A stretch of DNA of 63,833 bases, filler included, from Olpidium bornovanus S191 (taxonomy: Eukaryota > Fungi > Olpidiomycota): NCBI GenBank assembly GCA_017911155.1. It is 30 parts of 30 records of this genome, joined end to end, with 100 filler letters (N's around TTAATTAATTAA, not from the genome) between each part and the next. Parts side by side here need not be neighbours in the genome. Positions count along the whole stretch, not along the records: positions 11,351 to 12,749 come from JAEFCI010012332.1; positions 12,850 to 13,898 come from JAEFCI010008457.1; positions 13,999 to 15,364 come from JAEFCI010000636.1; positions 15,465 to 16,749 come from JAEFCI010008288.1; positions 16,850 to 18,945 come from JAEFCI010010469.1; positions 19,046 to 21,839 come from JAEFCI010005544.1; positions 21,940 to 23,095 come from JAEFCI010008205.1; positions 23,196 to 25,783 come from JAEFCI010002099.1; 22 more parts are not named here. The stretch is one strand, 5' to 3'. The notes below the pieces were generated by a model, which saw only the letters and a list, made by a program, of their open reading frames with translations, searched no databases and was not told the origin of the DNA. The position numbers and the translations under genes were made by a program. How positions within the stretch are numbered: position 1 is the first letter of the stretch; the number at the start of each line of letters is the position of its first letter. Positions 11,804 to 23,680 of this stretch are shown here, one piece after another.

Positions 11804-12708
11804 ATGGACGTGGACAGCGGCCCCGCTGGGGACGTGATCGACGAGAACCTGTATTCTCGGCAGATGTACGTTTCACCCGGGAAAAGCGGCACTAGCGTGC
11901 GCGGCAGGATTCTGTGACTTGCGCTCGCGTGGTGTGAGTGTTTCCCACGAAACGCCGTTCGCTGCTTGCTAAGCCCAAATTCTGTTGCTGTTTGCGTAAC
12001 TGCCCTTCGGAAGCTTCGTCGTCGGCCTTGATGCGATGGTCCGCATGGCGAAATCGAACGTCCTCGTTATCGGTCTGAGAGGCCTCGGAGTCGAAATCGG
12101 TATGCATAGGTTCTCCCCCCGCTACTACCTGGCGCCCATTTGGCTCCCGCTGGTTTCACCTCAACGTCCCGATCGTGGGCGAATATTACGCAGTGCGGTT
12201 GTTCTCCGGCGGCACTAATTAGCCCGCGTGTTGACTTCCTCCGTCCGGTTTCTCGCGCCGTTTGCCAGCCAAGAATGTGGTGCTGGCAGGCGTAAAGGGC
12301 GTCACGCTCTTTGACCCAGAACCCGCACGGATCGAAGACCTTTCCACCCAGTTTTTCCTTACGGAGCAGGACGTTGGCCGGCCGCGCGCGCAGGCGTCGG
12401 CGGCGCGTCTCGCGGAGCTCAACCAATACGTCCCCGTGTCGGTGCTTCAGGGTGACCTCACTGAAGAGAACCTGAAGGGGTTTACTGTAAGTTTTGTGGG
12501 GAATGGTTGTGAGCCAGAAGGGCAAAAATAAGAGGATATTTCTCCCCACCTAAAGCCTGACAGACTTCGTATGCTACTCGGGGGGGGGGGATTCTGTTAG
12601 GTCATTGTCGTCACGAACCAGTCGCTCCAGAAGCAACTTGAGATATCGGACGTCGCCCATAAGAACGGCATCAAGGTCATCATTGCGGACACCCGAGGTC
12701 TCTTCGGG
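11804..12708 (+). CDS. UBA1: Ubiquitin-activating enzyme E1, N-terminal exons
   Basis: [71 protein letters not shown] and [10 protein letters not shown], with GT-AG introns. Confidence 0.95.
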
Positions 12709-12931
12709 TAAGCTTAATCCTTGCTCTTGGCTGGACAAACGTGTACATGNNNNNNNNNNNNNNNNNNNNNNNNNNNNNNNNNNNNNNNNNNNNTTAATTA
12801 ATTAANNNNNNNNNNNNNNNNNNNNNNNNNNNNNNNNNNNNNNNNNNNNAGCAGTTTTCTGGAGGGCTGACTCCCAGGTGGCGGACCCCGTTCGGCGGCA
12901 AAGCTCACGCAGGTCGTCTCGAAAACCACAG

Positions 12932-13264
12932 ATGGTATCCGACGCGAACAAACGCATTCCCATTTTCATGGGTCACGGCACGGCCGACATGGTAGATCGC
13001 CAATTTTCAGCGGAGCTGCTTTTTGTTTTTTCGCGGGGCTCTTTGTTTTCTTTTGTTTTCTGTTTTTACTCAAAATGTTACATGTTCTTCGCCCTGTCCG
13101 CCCCGCCATAGGTCGTGAATTTAGAATATGGACAGCGCTCCGCGGACCTGCTGGCGAAACACAAGCATGACGTCACGTTCAAGACATACCGAGGGATGGA
13201 CCACGCCGCGTGCGATGAAGAGTTTGCCGACGTCGCCGCGTTTCTAAAAGCGAAATTACCGTGA
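12932..13264 (+). CDS. Acyl-protein thioesterase / phospholipase-carboxylesterase, C-terminal exons
   Basis: IPIFMGHGTADMV|VVNLEYGQRS...VTFKTYRGMDHAACDEEFADVAAFLKAKLP*. Carries the Asp/His region of the APT1 family. Confidence 0.85.
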
Positions 13265-13848
13265 CGGACGAGCGAAACACGATCGCCGGAAAGTGGGGGG
13301 AAAAAACCGGCTAGACGGCAAATCTTAAAAGCCACGCATGTTTTTTTGTCCTGCACGCAATACGATTCCATTGGCTTCCTGGGATCTGTTTAGTCTTGTG
13401 TTGGCAAAGACGCACCGGCTGCCCGGCGTCCTCCGGAAAAAGCCTCCGGCCGCCGACGCACACCGCCGAGAGATTCGTGAGTTATGCGTTACCGGACTCT
13501 GGTCTTCTATTCCGGATAGTCTGGTTCAACCGGGGACTTTGCCCGCCGCGTCCTTGGACGGCCCCCCCCGCCGACTGGGGATGATGTCACGCGTGTTGGG
13601 GAGTGGGAAGGGGAGGGGGAGGAATGGGAGCGGCGTGCTTCGCACCGCGGGAAAGGCCACTGCGCACACGCTCCCACGCACCTGGCCCCCCCTCCCACCC
13701 CGCCCGCCCGCCTTCTCCGCGCAGCAGGAATGCGGTTGTTTTCACCTGCTGTTCTGCGGAAGAGGAGCAACGCGATGAGACGCCTTTCCCGGAGGAGGCG
13801 GAGGGCCGGCCGGGGGTTGGGAGGCGTTTCACACTTCCGCCAAACCAC

Positions 13849-13898
<50 letters not shown>

Positions 13899-14692
13899 NN
13901 NNNNNNNNNNNNNNNNNNNNNNNNNNNNNNNNNNNNNNNNNNTTAATTAATTAANNNNNNNNNNNNNNNNNNNNNNNNNNNNNNNNNNNNNNNNNNNNCA
14001 TGGTGGTCTGCAGAGCTGTGGCAGACACAACGGGTGAGAAAGTCTCCCGTACTCGATTCTTTTGATTTGGGATCACCCTTCAGCATTTGGAATCACTCTT
14101 CAACGACGAAGTGTACTCGGTTTTTTGCTATGGTGCCGTCCAGATAAAGTTGCGCTTGAACGCCCATCACTCGCAAAGTATGCGACGGGTTGGCTGCTGG
14201 ACTAGCTCCTTTGCTGGGAAGCTATGGAGTGCTGATTTCCAATTGCATTGCCCGTCGTCGGCGTTCCACTTTGTCAGACAGCTTTTTGGTTGGAATACAA
14301 AATAATAAGACAGTATATTCGACACAGGCCGTTTACTGCCCATCATTCCAAAGTGGTCGCTTTGTTCTAGGTGATCTCCCGATTTGGTCGGGTTACAGGC
14401 GCTGGATTCGTCAATTGTGACGTCACACCCCCTTGACAATTGTGTCAGTGACCGGATTCCAGAGTTGATACGCCTTGCTTGAAAAAGGAATACCTGATGA
14501 CGATGAGCTTCCGCTACTGGCCCACTTGCCGACACCTGGATCACTGCGTCCCTTGGCCACTTGTACGTGCGTGCAACACTGCCGATAACCCAGAGATGGT
14601 CGAGATTCAGGCAATCCCAGTTGCAGAAGGTGAGGTGAGGTGCACCTCCGTTGAGGTATCTGCGTGGCAGTCGATTGTAAAGATAAAGATAA

Positions 14693-14725
<33 letters not shown>

Positions 14726-15053
14726 AAGAGAACTACAACGCTCCGTGGCAACGGCGAACCGAAGCGACAGCATAAAACACACAGCGGAAAACGCGACCCA
14801 TTTCGGAAGGGGCCTGTAATGCACACCGGGGACGCGAAGAATTGCCAAAAGGTACCCCGCTACTCCGCGACACTCTTCCCCGCCCTCTTCCCTCCCCTCC
14901 TCACCGACCCGCCACCGCCACCAGGACAACCTCAAGAGAAAATGAGATAAAGAGCGAAAGAGATAAGCGAGAGAGAAAAAAAAAAAAACAAACCGGCGAA
15001 GTGGGCGTTGGCAAAAAAAGAAAAAAAAACAAAAAAAATCTTCGTAGGTTTTT

Positions 15054-15364
15054 TCAAGAGAGCCTCCGCTTCGTTTTCACATCCAAGTGCGGCCTCAACA
15101 GCCGCGATTCCCAGCGCGCGTCCCGGACGAGGAACCGGTACCAGTAGGGAATTACGGGGATGGAGGCCGCGTGCCAGAGGGCGTGCGCGTCCAGGGCGCC
15201 ATAGAGCGGAGGAAAGTCGAAGATTTCAAGACTCATGGCGCAGGTGAGTGCGAGGACGGCGAGAAGCGGCATGCGCCAGTACGGACGGCCCGCGCTGTAG
15301 GCCCGGGCAGACCAGCCGCACCAGAGGAGATGGTGCGCCGCGGCGATCACCAGGCACACCAGGA
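15054..15364 (-). CDS. PER1: Per1/PGAP3 GPI-remodelling protein, C-terminal exon
   Basis: AMSLEIFDFPPLYGALDAHALWHAASIPVIPYWYRFLVRD is the Per1 signature. Confidence 0.9.
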
Positions 15365-15887
15365 NNNNNNNNNNNNNNNNNNNNNNNNNNNNNNNNNNNN
15401 NNNNNNNNTTAATTAATTAANNNNNNNNNNNNNNNNNNNNNNNNNNNNNNNNNNNNNNNNNNNNCTTCCCCAGGCACTGCGCGCGCAGCTCCGGTCGGTG
15501 CGGGAGAATGAGGCAGACAGGGGCTCCCTGACGACGCGCCATGGCTCGCGGGCGCCCAGGCTTGGCCCGACCTTCCCAAGCTTCTCGCACAAGAGGGTAG
15601 CAGATCTCCCGACCTCCGAGGAGGGCCCCGAGCCCGTCCCACACGCGTGGCTCCTCAGGCCAGGATAACGCGTGTCGGCACCATTCATGCAGGCCCTCCC
15701 GGTCGTCAAGCAACACCTCCAATGCCCCCGGCACCGTCACCTTGTCGAGGAGGTTGACCAAGATCTGCCCCGGGGCGCGAAAAGATGGAAATCGGGAAAT
15801 ACGTCAGGCATGGTCGTCCGAGACCGCGCAGATAAAAAGACCCAAAAGGACGCGGGCGGAAGCTTATGCTGGACGGACGTCCGACGA

Positions 15888-16172
15888 CCCCCGGATAATG
15901 CTGCGAGCTTGGGACCTCTTCTCCAGTGGCCGACCGTCAGAGACCCGCGCCCGCACGCCCCCCGGGAGAGCCACCTTCGGTCCTCCGAGCATCCACTCCA
16001 TCCACAGCCTGCGCACACGATCGCGCACACAGCCGCGCCCACAAGAAGCCTCTGCGAGAAGGACGCCCTGCGGCCCCCGGATAATGCTGTGGGCTTGGGA
16101 GCTCTGCTCCGGTGGCCAACCGTCAGAGACCCGCGCCCACACGCAACCTGGGAGAGCCGCCTTTGGTCCTCC
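15888..16172. repeat. 99-bp diverged direct repeat (15888-15986 and 16074-16172)
   Basis: CCCCCGGATAATGCTG...CCGTCAGAGACCCGCGCCC...GGGAGAGCC.CCTT.GGTCCTCC occurs twice. Confidence 0.9.
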
Positions 16173-16865
16173 ATGCTTCGGCTTTGTGTGGCGCTGCGTG
16201 CGGCAATGCCCGTGAATTCGTCCAGCCTCTGTCCGCACCTCAAGTTTGACGTGCAGACCACGGTGCGTGTTGTCGGACAGCCATGCTTCGGGGACGTGCC
16301 AGTACTCGCGGACGGCCACGATGGCCGCAGCAACAGCGGACGAGAGCGCGGCGGCCACAGAAATGGCGGACGAGAGCGCGGCGGCCGCCATTTTTTTTTC
16401 CCTTCCTTTCCTTCCTTTTCTTCCTTTGTTTTGTGTTGGTGTTGTGTTGATGCCCGCCATGCCCGCCATGCCCGCCATGCCCGCCAGTCAAAGCGCCCTA
16501 CCAAACAAGCCTAAACCCAGTCTGCTTTTGAGCCTGTTTGGTTCATTTTGGAGGCCTGAAAGCGGCCTACCAAACAAGCCTAGACCCAGTCTTGTCTTGG
16601 GCCTGTGGGACAAGCTGTGTGGATTTGAAGTCAGCCTCCATGTGCCGTGACCGCTCGCGCACGTGGACCCGCCTGAAGGAGCGTATGCTTCGAAGGGCGC
16701 TGGGCATCGGTCCGTATTACAGACAACTGGCGAATTACGCCGATGTCGCNNNNNNNNNNNNNNNNNNNNNNNNNNNNNNNNNNNNNNNNNNNNTTAATTA
16801 ATTAANNNNNNNNNNNNNNNNNNNNNNNNNNNNNNNNNNNNNNNNNNNNGGGGGGGGGGGGGGGG

Positions 16866-16909
<44 letters not shown>

Positions 16910-16921
16910 GGGGGGGGGGGG

Positions 16922-16956
<35 letters not shown>

Positions 16957-17108
16957 GAAACTTTCGCCCCGCACTCCCGCCCCCTCCCCCCCGCTGAGCC
17001 CGCAGAACCCGCCTCCCCCCCACCGCCCGTCCTCTTATTTGATTCTTTCGTCTCGGCCCATCGCTCCACTCGGCACGCGCGGCGCTCGGGTCGCCGGCCC
17101 AGTCAAAA

Positions 17109-17236
17109 ATGTCCTCCTCCACCATGGTACCGTGCCCACAAGAGCGTTTCAGAGCAAACGTGGCCGGGGCCCGCCGTTCGCTGATTTTTTTTTTGTCCGT
17201 GCCCTGTTTCGCGATCTTCCGTTAAAACACCAACAA

Positions 17237-17284
<48 letters not shown>

Positions 17285-18730
17285 AAATAAAAAAAGCAAG
17301 ATCGCAAGGTGGACCCGGACCAGATTTACGAGAAAATCGCCCGAGTAGGTGCGTAGCGCCTCCTGCGTTTCCGTGGAGCCTCTGGTCGCGGTTCGGAACG
17401 ATCGACGCAATCGTCGGGCATTCCAAGGCCGAAAACTGTTTCTGACGGCAACCTGCTGCAGGGAAGGGATCGTTCGGCGAGGTTTTCAAAGGGTAAGTGC
17501 CGTTTTTGAGCGCCCGCCTCCCGGGAAAGTAGGGGTGGTGGGGGGGGGGGGGGGGGGGGGAAGGGGGGGGGGGGGGGGGGGGGGGGGGAAGAGGAATGAG
17601 AGTGGGTGAGCAGAGTGACGTCGCATGCACAAAACGATCACAAGGCGCGGCGCTGTCGGACGGCTTGGGGAACGGCCGCGCGGTCCCAAGAATCCTCGAT
17701 GTGTCGCAAGAACAGCCTTGCTAAATCGCCCCTCGACCTTTGCAGCATTGACAAGCGGACGAACCAAGTAATCGCGATCAAGACAATAGATTTGGAGAGT
17801 GCGGAAGACGAGATCGAAGACATACAATCAGAAATCGCCATGCTCTCGCAGCTGACGTCCGATCACGTAACCAGGTGAATGCGTCACGAGATCCTCTCCC
17901 GAATTTTCCGCGACGTTACGTCTGACGCCGTGCGAGAAACGCCCGGAACTTCGCAGATATTATGGATCCTACCTTAAGGGGCAGGAGCTGTGGATCATCA
18001 TGGAGTACTGCGCGGGAGGCTCCGTCGCCGACTTGGTATGCGCGACGTTTTGCTGCGATTCCCGTTCCCGGCGAGCGGCGCCTCCTCTGCAGAGGCCGGA
18101 AGCGAACGGGCCGATGCGGCTGAGGAATCTTGAGGAATATCAAACCGTTCCAAAATATATGTACATACTTTCGGACAGATGAAGCCCGGGCCGCTGGACG
18201 AAAATTTCATTTCCATAATCCTGCGGGAGATTCTGAAAGGACTGGAGTATCTGCACGACCAGGGAAAGCTGCACCGAGGTACTGAGCGTGGCGCGCCCGT
18301 AACAGAGAAAGCGCGATCAATGGTATCGCTCATCGTTGTCGCGTTACTCAATTTCAGACATCAAAGGTATGGCAAGCAAACACGCTAAGCACTTCGGTGT
18401 GATTGGTTCCTATGGAGCTTTTGGCCGCCTCACACTCTGCGTCGTACCAGCGGCGAATGTGCTGGTTGATGCCCGTGGCGATGGTATGTCTACTTCTAAT
18501 AAAAGTCCGCTATGAAAGAATGCCGAGTGCGACAAGGCGGCTCTGACACCTATCGCACATGCAGTAAAACTTGCCGACTTCGGGGTATCAGGTCAGGTAC
18601 GGACCGTGGCGCATTGTCCGGAGTCTACTGCTGCATCTTTCGATTTTAATCTCGAAGTCATAATCCGCCTCGCGATGCAAGCTAGCTGTCGGATACGATG
18701 ACGAAGAAAAACACTTTCGTCGGAACGCCC
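17109..18730 (+). CDS. STE20-family GCK-III (MST3/STK25/Kic1-like) Ser/Thr kinase, N-terminal exons
   Basis: Spliced: GKGSFGEVFKG, VIAIKTIDLESAEDEIEDIQSEI, YYGSYLKGQELWIIMEYCAGGS, HR|DIK|AAN, VKLADFGVSGQ and TMTKKNTFVGTP. Confidence 0.95.
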
Positions 18731-19802
18731 GTAAGTCCCGATTTTTTTCGAGGCCTTCCCTTGCCCCCCCCTCCCCGGCGACGGGCCAAAAAAAAGAGGG
18801 GCCGCCGCCTTTCGCGTTTTCGTGACATGGCGTCACTGGCGAGTTGAGCTCCGCCGGCGTCGTCAATCGACTTGTTTCGTATACCACGGGGGTTACCGGA
18901 ACAAGGGAAACGCAACATCGCCCGAAGGGAACAACGGCGCCGACANNNNNNNNNNNNNNNNNNNNNNNNNNNNNNNNNNNNNNNNNNNNTTAATTAATTA
19001 ANNNNNNNNNNNNNNNNNNNNNNNNNNNNNNNNNNNNNNNNNNNNAAAAAAAAACAAAAAAACAAAAAAAAAACAAAAAAAAAACAAAAAAAAAAAACTC
19101 ATTAAGGGCAAGAATTTCTCGCAAGCACCAGCTTTGCGTCATTTATTGTAAGGATTACGCGAGGGGAGCGGTGAGGGGGACGGTGGTTGGTGCGAGCGCG
19201 AGGGGGCGCGAGGTGGCGCGCATGGCCGACGACGGCAGGACGCGCAGACGCAAAACGTCATCATCCGCCCCGCACTCGCCCTCTTCCCTCCCTCCCGGTC
19301 GTCACTCCCCGCTCGCTCTCACTCCGCAGAAAAAACCCCTCAGCCCCCTCAGCCACCCTCCCTTCCACCCCTCTTATTCTGCACTGAGAACCCCGGTAGT
19401 CCCTTTGAGACACTGGATTTATTTGGAAAGTGGTAGGTTTGGCTAGGATAGGTACAGATATCGCCGCAGAGGCAACCGGGGGGGGGACCACGCCGAAATG
19501 CACGCTTCTAGACCAAAGAAAACTCGCACACATTTCGAGGGGAAAAGAAAGACTTTTTGAAGGGCTGCTGCGCCCCGCTCTCAGGCCTATCAAAGCAAAA
19601 TAGAATTTTGCCCCGATTGTAAACATATTTCATAACGTGCATTATACACTGGGCTAGCCGGCCCCGGCTTAACGGCCGAATGGGCGTTTTTTCCCTTGGG
19701 AGGGGGAGAGGGTCTAATATATAACGTTCTACTGCTCTCGACGGCCCGCTTCGAGTCGAATTTTTTTTTTCTCGAAAGGGCCCAACAGGTTTACACTCTC
19801 CC

Positions 19803-21256
19803 TCAAAGGTTTTTGCAGACAACAGAATCGCTGACTATGCGAACGTGTTCGCCGTACGAGTTTTTTCTTTTGCCGCATAAGAACCTGTCGTACTCGGTGT
19901 GCATCGAGCCCAGCCAGCTCTTCGGTTCAACCTCGTGATTCCTAAAATACAGGCAGTGACCGCGTGGCGGAAAGAGTGGGGGGAGGTGGGAACAAAAAAA
20001 AAAATCCGAGGTCAGCAAGCAGCTGAAGGGGTGTAAATGTGGGCAGGCTGTAATGTAAAAGCTCACCAAAAGTTGTGCGTGTGGTAGAGAAAGGCGCCCG
20101 TGAAAAAGTTCTCGGGCTGCCTGCCGTTGACGAAGGTGGTGGAGTCGCGGAAGTCCGCCCTCGCGGCGTCGACGAACTGGGTGAAACTGGGGGTCAGGCG
20201 CGTGCCGCGGCTGTGGCTCCCGTCGAACCAGACCCACAGAGGGTCAACGACGTGGGTCGGCAGGAGGACCAGGACGGAGTCCAGGGCGGACTCGCCGCGG
20301 GCGGCCTCGGCGGCGTAGAGGGTGATGTCGTCCATAGGGTGGAACTTCATCCCGCTCCGCATGCCGCGCTCGATCATGAGGCGGGACGTGGGCCCGCGGG
20401 CGAACATGCGGAGGACGGCGGTGTTGTAGGCGTGGCGGAACCCCCACTGGCCGGAGAACTCGAAGTTGGCGTTGTACATCGGCAGCATATCGCGGAGGAA
20501 GATGACGTCGGCGTCGACGTACATGCCGCCGTAGTTGTGGAGGACGACGAAGCGCACCATGTCGCTGAAGGCCACCGTCGCCGTCGACGGGTCGAAGTGG
20601 TCCCTCCAGTCGAAGCCGTCCGCGAACCCGACGGCGTCCAGCTGCTCAGTCGAGTTCCAGAGCTTCAGCTCGACGGCCCGGCCGAGGCGCGGGACCAGCG
20701 TGCTCGTGAGCTCGCCGGCGCGGAACTGTTCGATCGCCGAGGCGTTGCCGTCCACCCAGACCCACAGCCGAGCGCACGGCGGCTGGCTGTACACGAAGGA
20801 CTTTATCGCCACGGCGACGTGTTTGGTCCACGGGCCCATCCAGTACATGTGCACGAGCATGTTTAGCGTGCGTTCGTCGCGGCAGGCCGGCGGCTCCGGG
20901 ACGTCGGGCGCCTGGATGAACGGGACGAGGTACTCGTCCTGGCGCTGCAGGAACTCCAGACACTCGTGCGCGTAGTACTTGCTGATGTCGCACCGCCGCA
21001 GGATCGCCTGGAGGTCGACGACCTCCCGGTCGCCGGGCCGCCTCCAGATCGGCTGCGCAGGCAGGACGCGCTCCGAGGCCGGCCGCGCGAGGTACGACCT
21101 CGGAATGTACGGGTGCTCCAGCAGGTCGTCGCCGCGCCGCGGCCCGTAGCCGAACAGGAGCGCCCAGGTGCACCCGGCGAGGAGCAGGGCGACCGCGATT
21201 TTGGCCCGGGCGGAATATCGGCGGCCGCCACCTCTGAAGCGAGTGCCTGCTGACAT
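19803..21256 (-). CDS. Type II membrane glycosyltransferase, GT32/DXD sugar-binding family (2 exons)
   Basis: N-terminal signal-anchor IAVALLLAGCTWALLF; FSDMVRFVVLHNYGGMYVDADVIFLRD (DXD motif). A phase-2 intron (TG|G) leads to a last exon ending VVCKNL*. Confidence 0.85.
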
Positions 21257-22125
21257 TGAGAGAGTTCGCGATCCAAACCTTGTCCAAAAATGCGCCCCGT
21301 TAAAATCCCCGATGCTTCGAAGAGGACACCACGAAAAGGGGCTTCCGTCCGGTGAGCAGCAAAAAACTCTGACCTTACACGACGTCGAGGGGTTGGGGGG
21401 AGCGGGTAATGGGGATGCAGACTGGCGTTTCTCCCTCGCTGCCTACGGCGACTCCACTGCTTCCGGTCGTCGTCCGGTGGGTGGTGAAGGGGGGAGAGGG
21501 GCGGCAAATGTCGGATAATTAACCCATTTCCGGAAGGCGACGTCGGCGATTGGTACAGCCTGCCGGGCATTTTGTGCGCTGCCTGGGCATTTTTTTCTAA
21601 AAAAATTTTCCGGGCGGGAGCGGAAAACAAAAAAATTGCCCTCGCAATTTGCGCCCCCACATCCTCCCAACCCCAGGCCCCTCCAAACTTCCCCCATATT
21701 CGAGTTCCGAAAAATTGGCATGTCACGCGACAATCGACACTTCGCCTGGGTATCTCTCATACCGCCGGTTTGGGCGCGTCACGAACGCTAACTCCGACCC
21801 GACGCGCGCGGAACGACGCGGGCGCAGTTTGCTCCGACCNNNNNNNNNNNNNNNNNNNNNNNNNNNNNNNNNNNNNNNNNNNNTTAATTAATTAANNNNN
21901 NNNNNNNNNNNNNNNNNNNNNNNNNNNNNNNNNNNNNNNCATGAAATAATTTAAAGACACTTCCAGAATCGGAAACGAATTGGAGGATTGGAGAAAATAA
22001 AAAAGATATACTCGTCAACTACTTGTGGGCTCAAACGCCTCTCACGTTACAAAATGAGTCCCGGACATATAATCGTCCGGCAGTTGGACGCGTGCGCCTC
22101 ATACCGCTTAGCTTGGTTGACTCTG

Positions 22126-23095
22126 TCACAGGATGCCTTGTATTAAGGACTGATCCGCGAGGAGTACAGTGGACGCGAACGGGTCGTCTTCCTGCGAGTC
22201 GTCGAACAAGTGGACGATCCCGTCCGGGTCACAGTTCCCGAGGCCGCGCTCAGCCCTTGGGCTTCCGTCGTCGTCGTCTATCGGGGGCGCGTTGCCAAAA
22301 GAGAAAGAGAAAGATGTGACACCGCCAACAGACTCCCCGTGGTCCTCGAAGCTCGTGTAAGCGAACGGCGGACTCGCTGTTGAGGGCACGTCGTCCTGGA
22401 TATCCGTTCGGACAGGAGGAGGACGGATTGCGGCGCCTTCCGACGCAAAAGCGGTAATTTCGGGAATCCTCTGGGTCGGCGCGACGGACGAACGGTCGGT
22501 CTGAATATGCTGTTTATTCTGCAGTGCAGAAGGATGACGTGTACGTTCCCAGATAGGTAACGAGACGTTTACTGTGCCGGCTTCGTGGTACGGCCGGAAA
22601 TCAGATCCTTCTGTGCCGCTCACGGAGTCTGCCGTTCCTCTTCCAGAATAGTGCCGTCTGAGTACCGCAGCTGTGGCTACGTCTGTTATGAGCGGTTTCG
22701 ACAACCAAGGAGCAGCCGAAAATACGCTAACGCGCTCCGACTCATTCAGACCCGGCGGCCTGCGCCGAGTGTACGCCAGTTGAGTAACACTTTCCATGTG
22801 CCGTTGCGTCGCTGGCGCCACATTCAACGGCTCACGGTTCCCCTTCATCACTGGATTGCGCGCGCCTAGGAGGTCCGCGAGGGAATCGGCGGCCAGAGGG
22901 TACAGCAACGACGCACGAGCTCGCAACTGCGGCCGGGAAGCCGTGCGGTTGAGATGTGGGTAGTTCAACATGCTCGACATGTGAGAAGTCGCCGGCGGGT
23001 ACGTCGGGATCGGAAACTCGTTGGCGTTGACAGGGCGTTCCGCACGGCACGCGATCTTGCCAGGTGACGTCGCGGTGCGCAATAGCACGTTCTCG
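22126..23095 (-). CDS. Hypothetical low-complexity Ser/Pro-rich protein fragment
   Basis: Open frame of about 320 codons from the contig end. No recognisable domain. Confidence 0.3.
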
Positions 23096-23680
23096 NNNNN
23101 NNNNNNNNNNNNNNNNNNNNNNNNNNNNNNNNNNNNNNNTTAATTAATTAANNNNNNNNNNNNNNNNNNNNNNNNNNNNNNNNNNNNNNNNNNNNCATGC
23201 AGCGCCTCTTATTCGGTGCGATTCTGCGTTTGACATTCGCAGCAGTACGCGTCGAAGGTTGCATCGACGTGACCATCAACGACAAGTGCGATTAATTAAT
23301 ATCAGCTTGTGCTGCGTGCTGGCCCTGGATGAAACAGTAGATAATTTGAAGCCTTTTTTGTGCAGCGCTGTGTTCAAGGACTTACATTGGTGATAGCACC
23401 AAGCTTTGTTCAGGAGCGCATCTTTTCTGCGCAACATGGTTGCTGAGCGGTGCGCCGTTCGGCGAGGTCTGCGTGTGTCTGCGGGTGGGCGGGAAGGGGG
23501 CGAGGATGGGCTCGGTCGCCGTACGATAAATTATCGCAGCCGGCGCAAGACAGACCGACGCTTCTCCGCAGCACGACCGCGCATCCTGAACAGGCGGGGG
23601 CCAGAGGGCTTCTGAACCCTTGAAGAAGGGTCTGCCGCTCGACAGGAGTTCTTCCCCAGGCAGATCAACGACGCGCGGTA

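Noticed and set aside
14167-14826. Possible cathepsin-B- or lipase-like fragments on either strand
   Set aside because: Only scattered 3-4 residue resemblances and no coherent catalytic motif.
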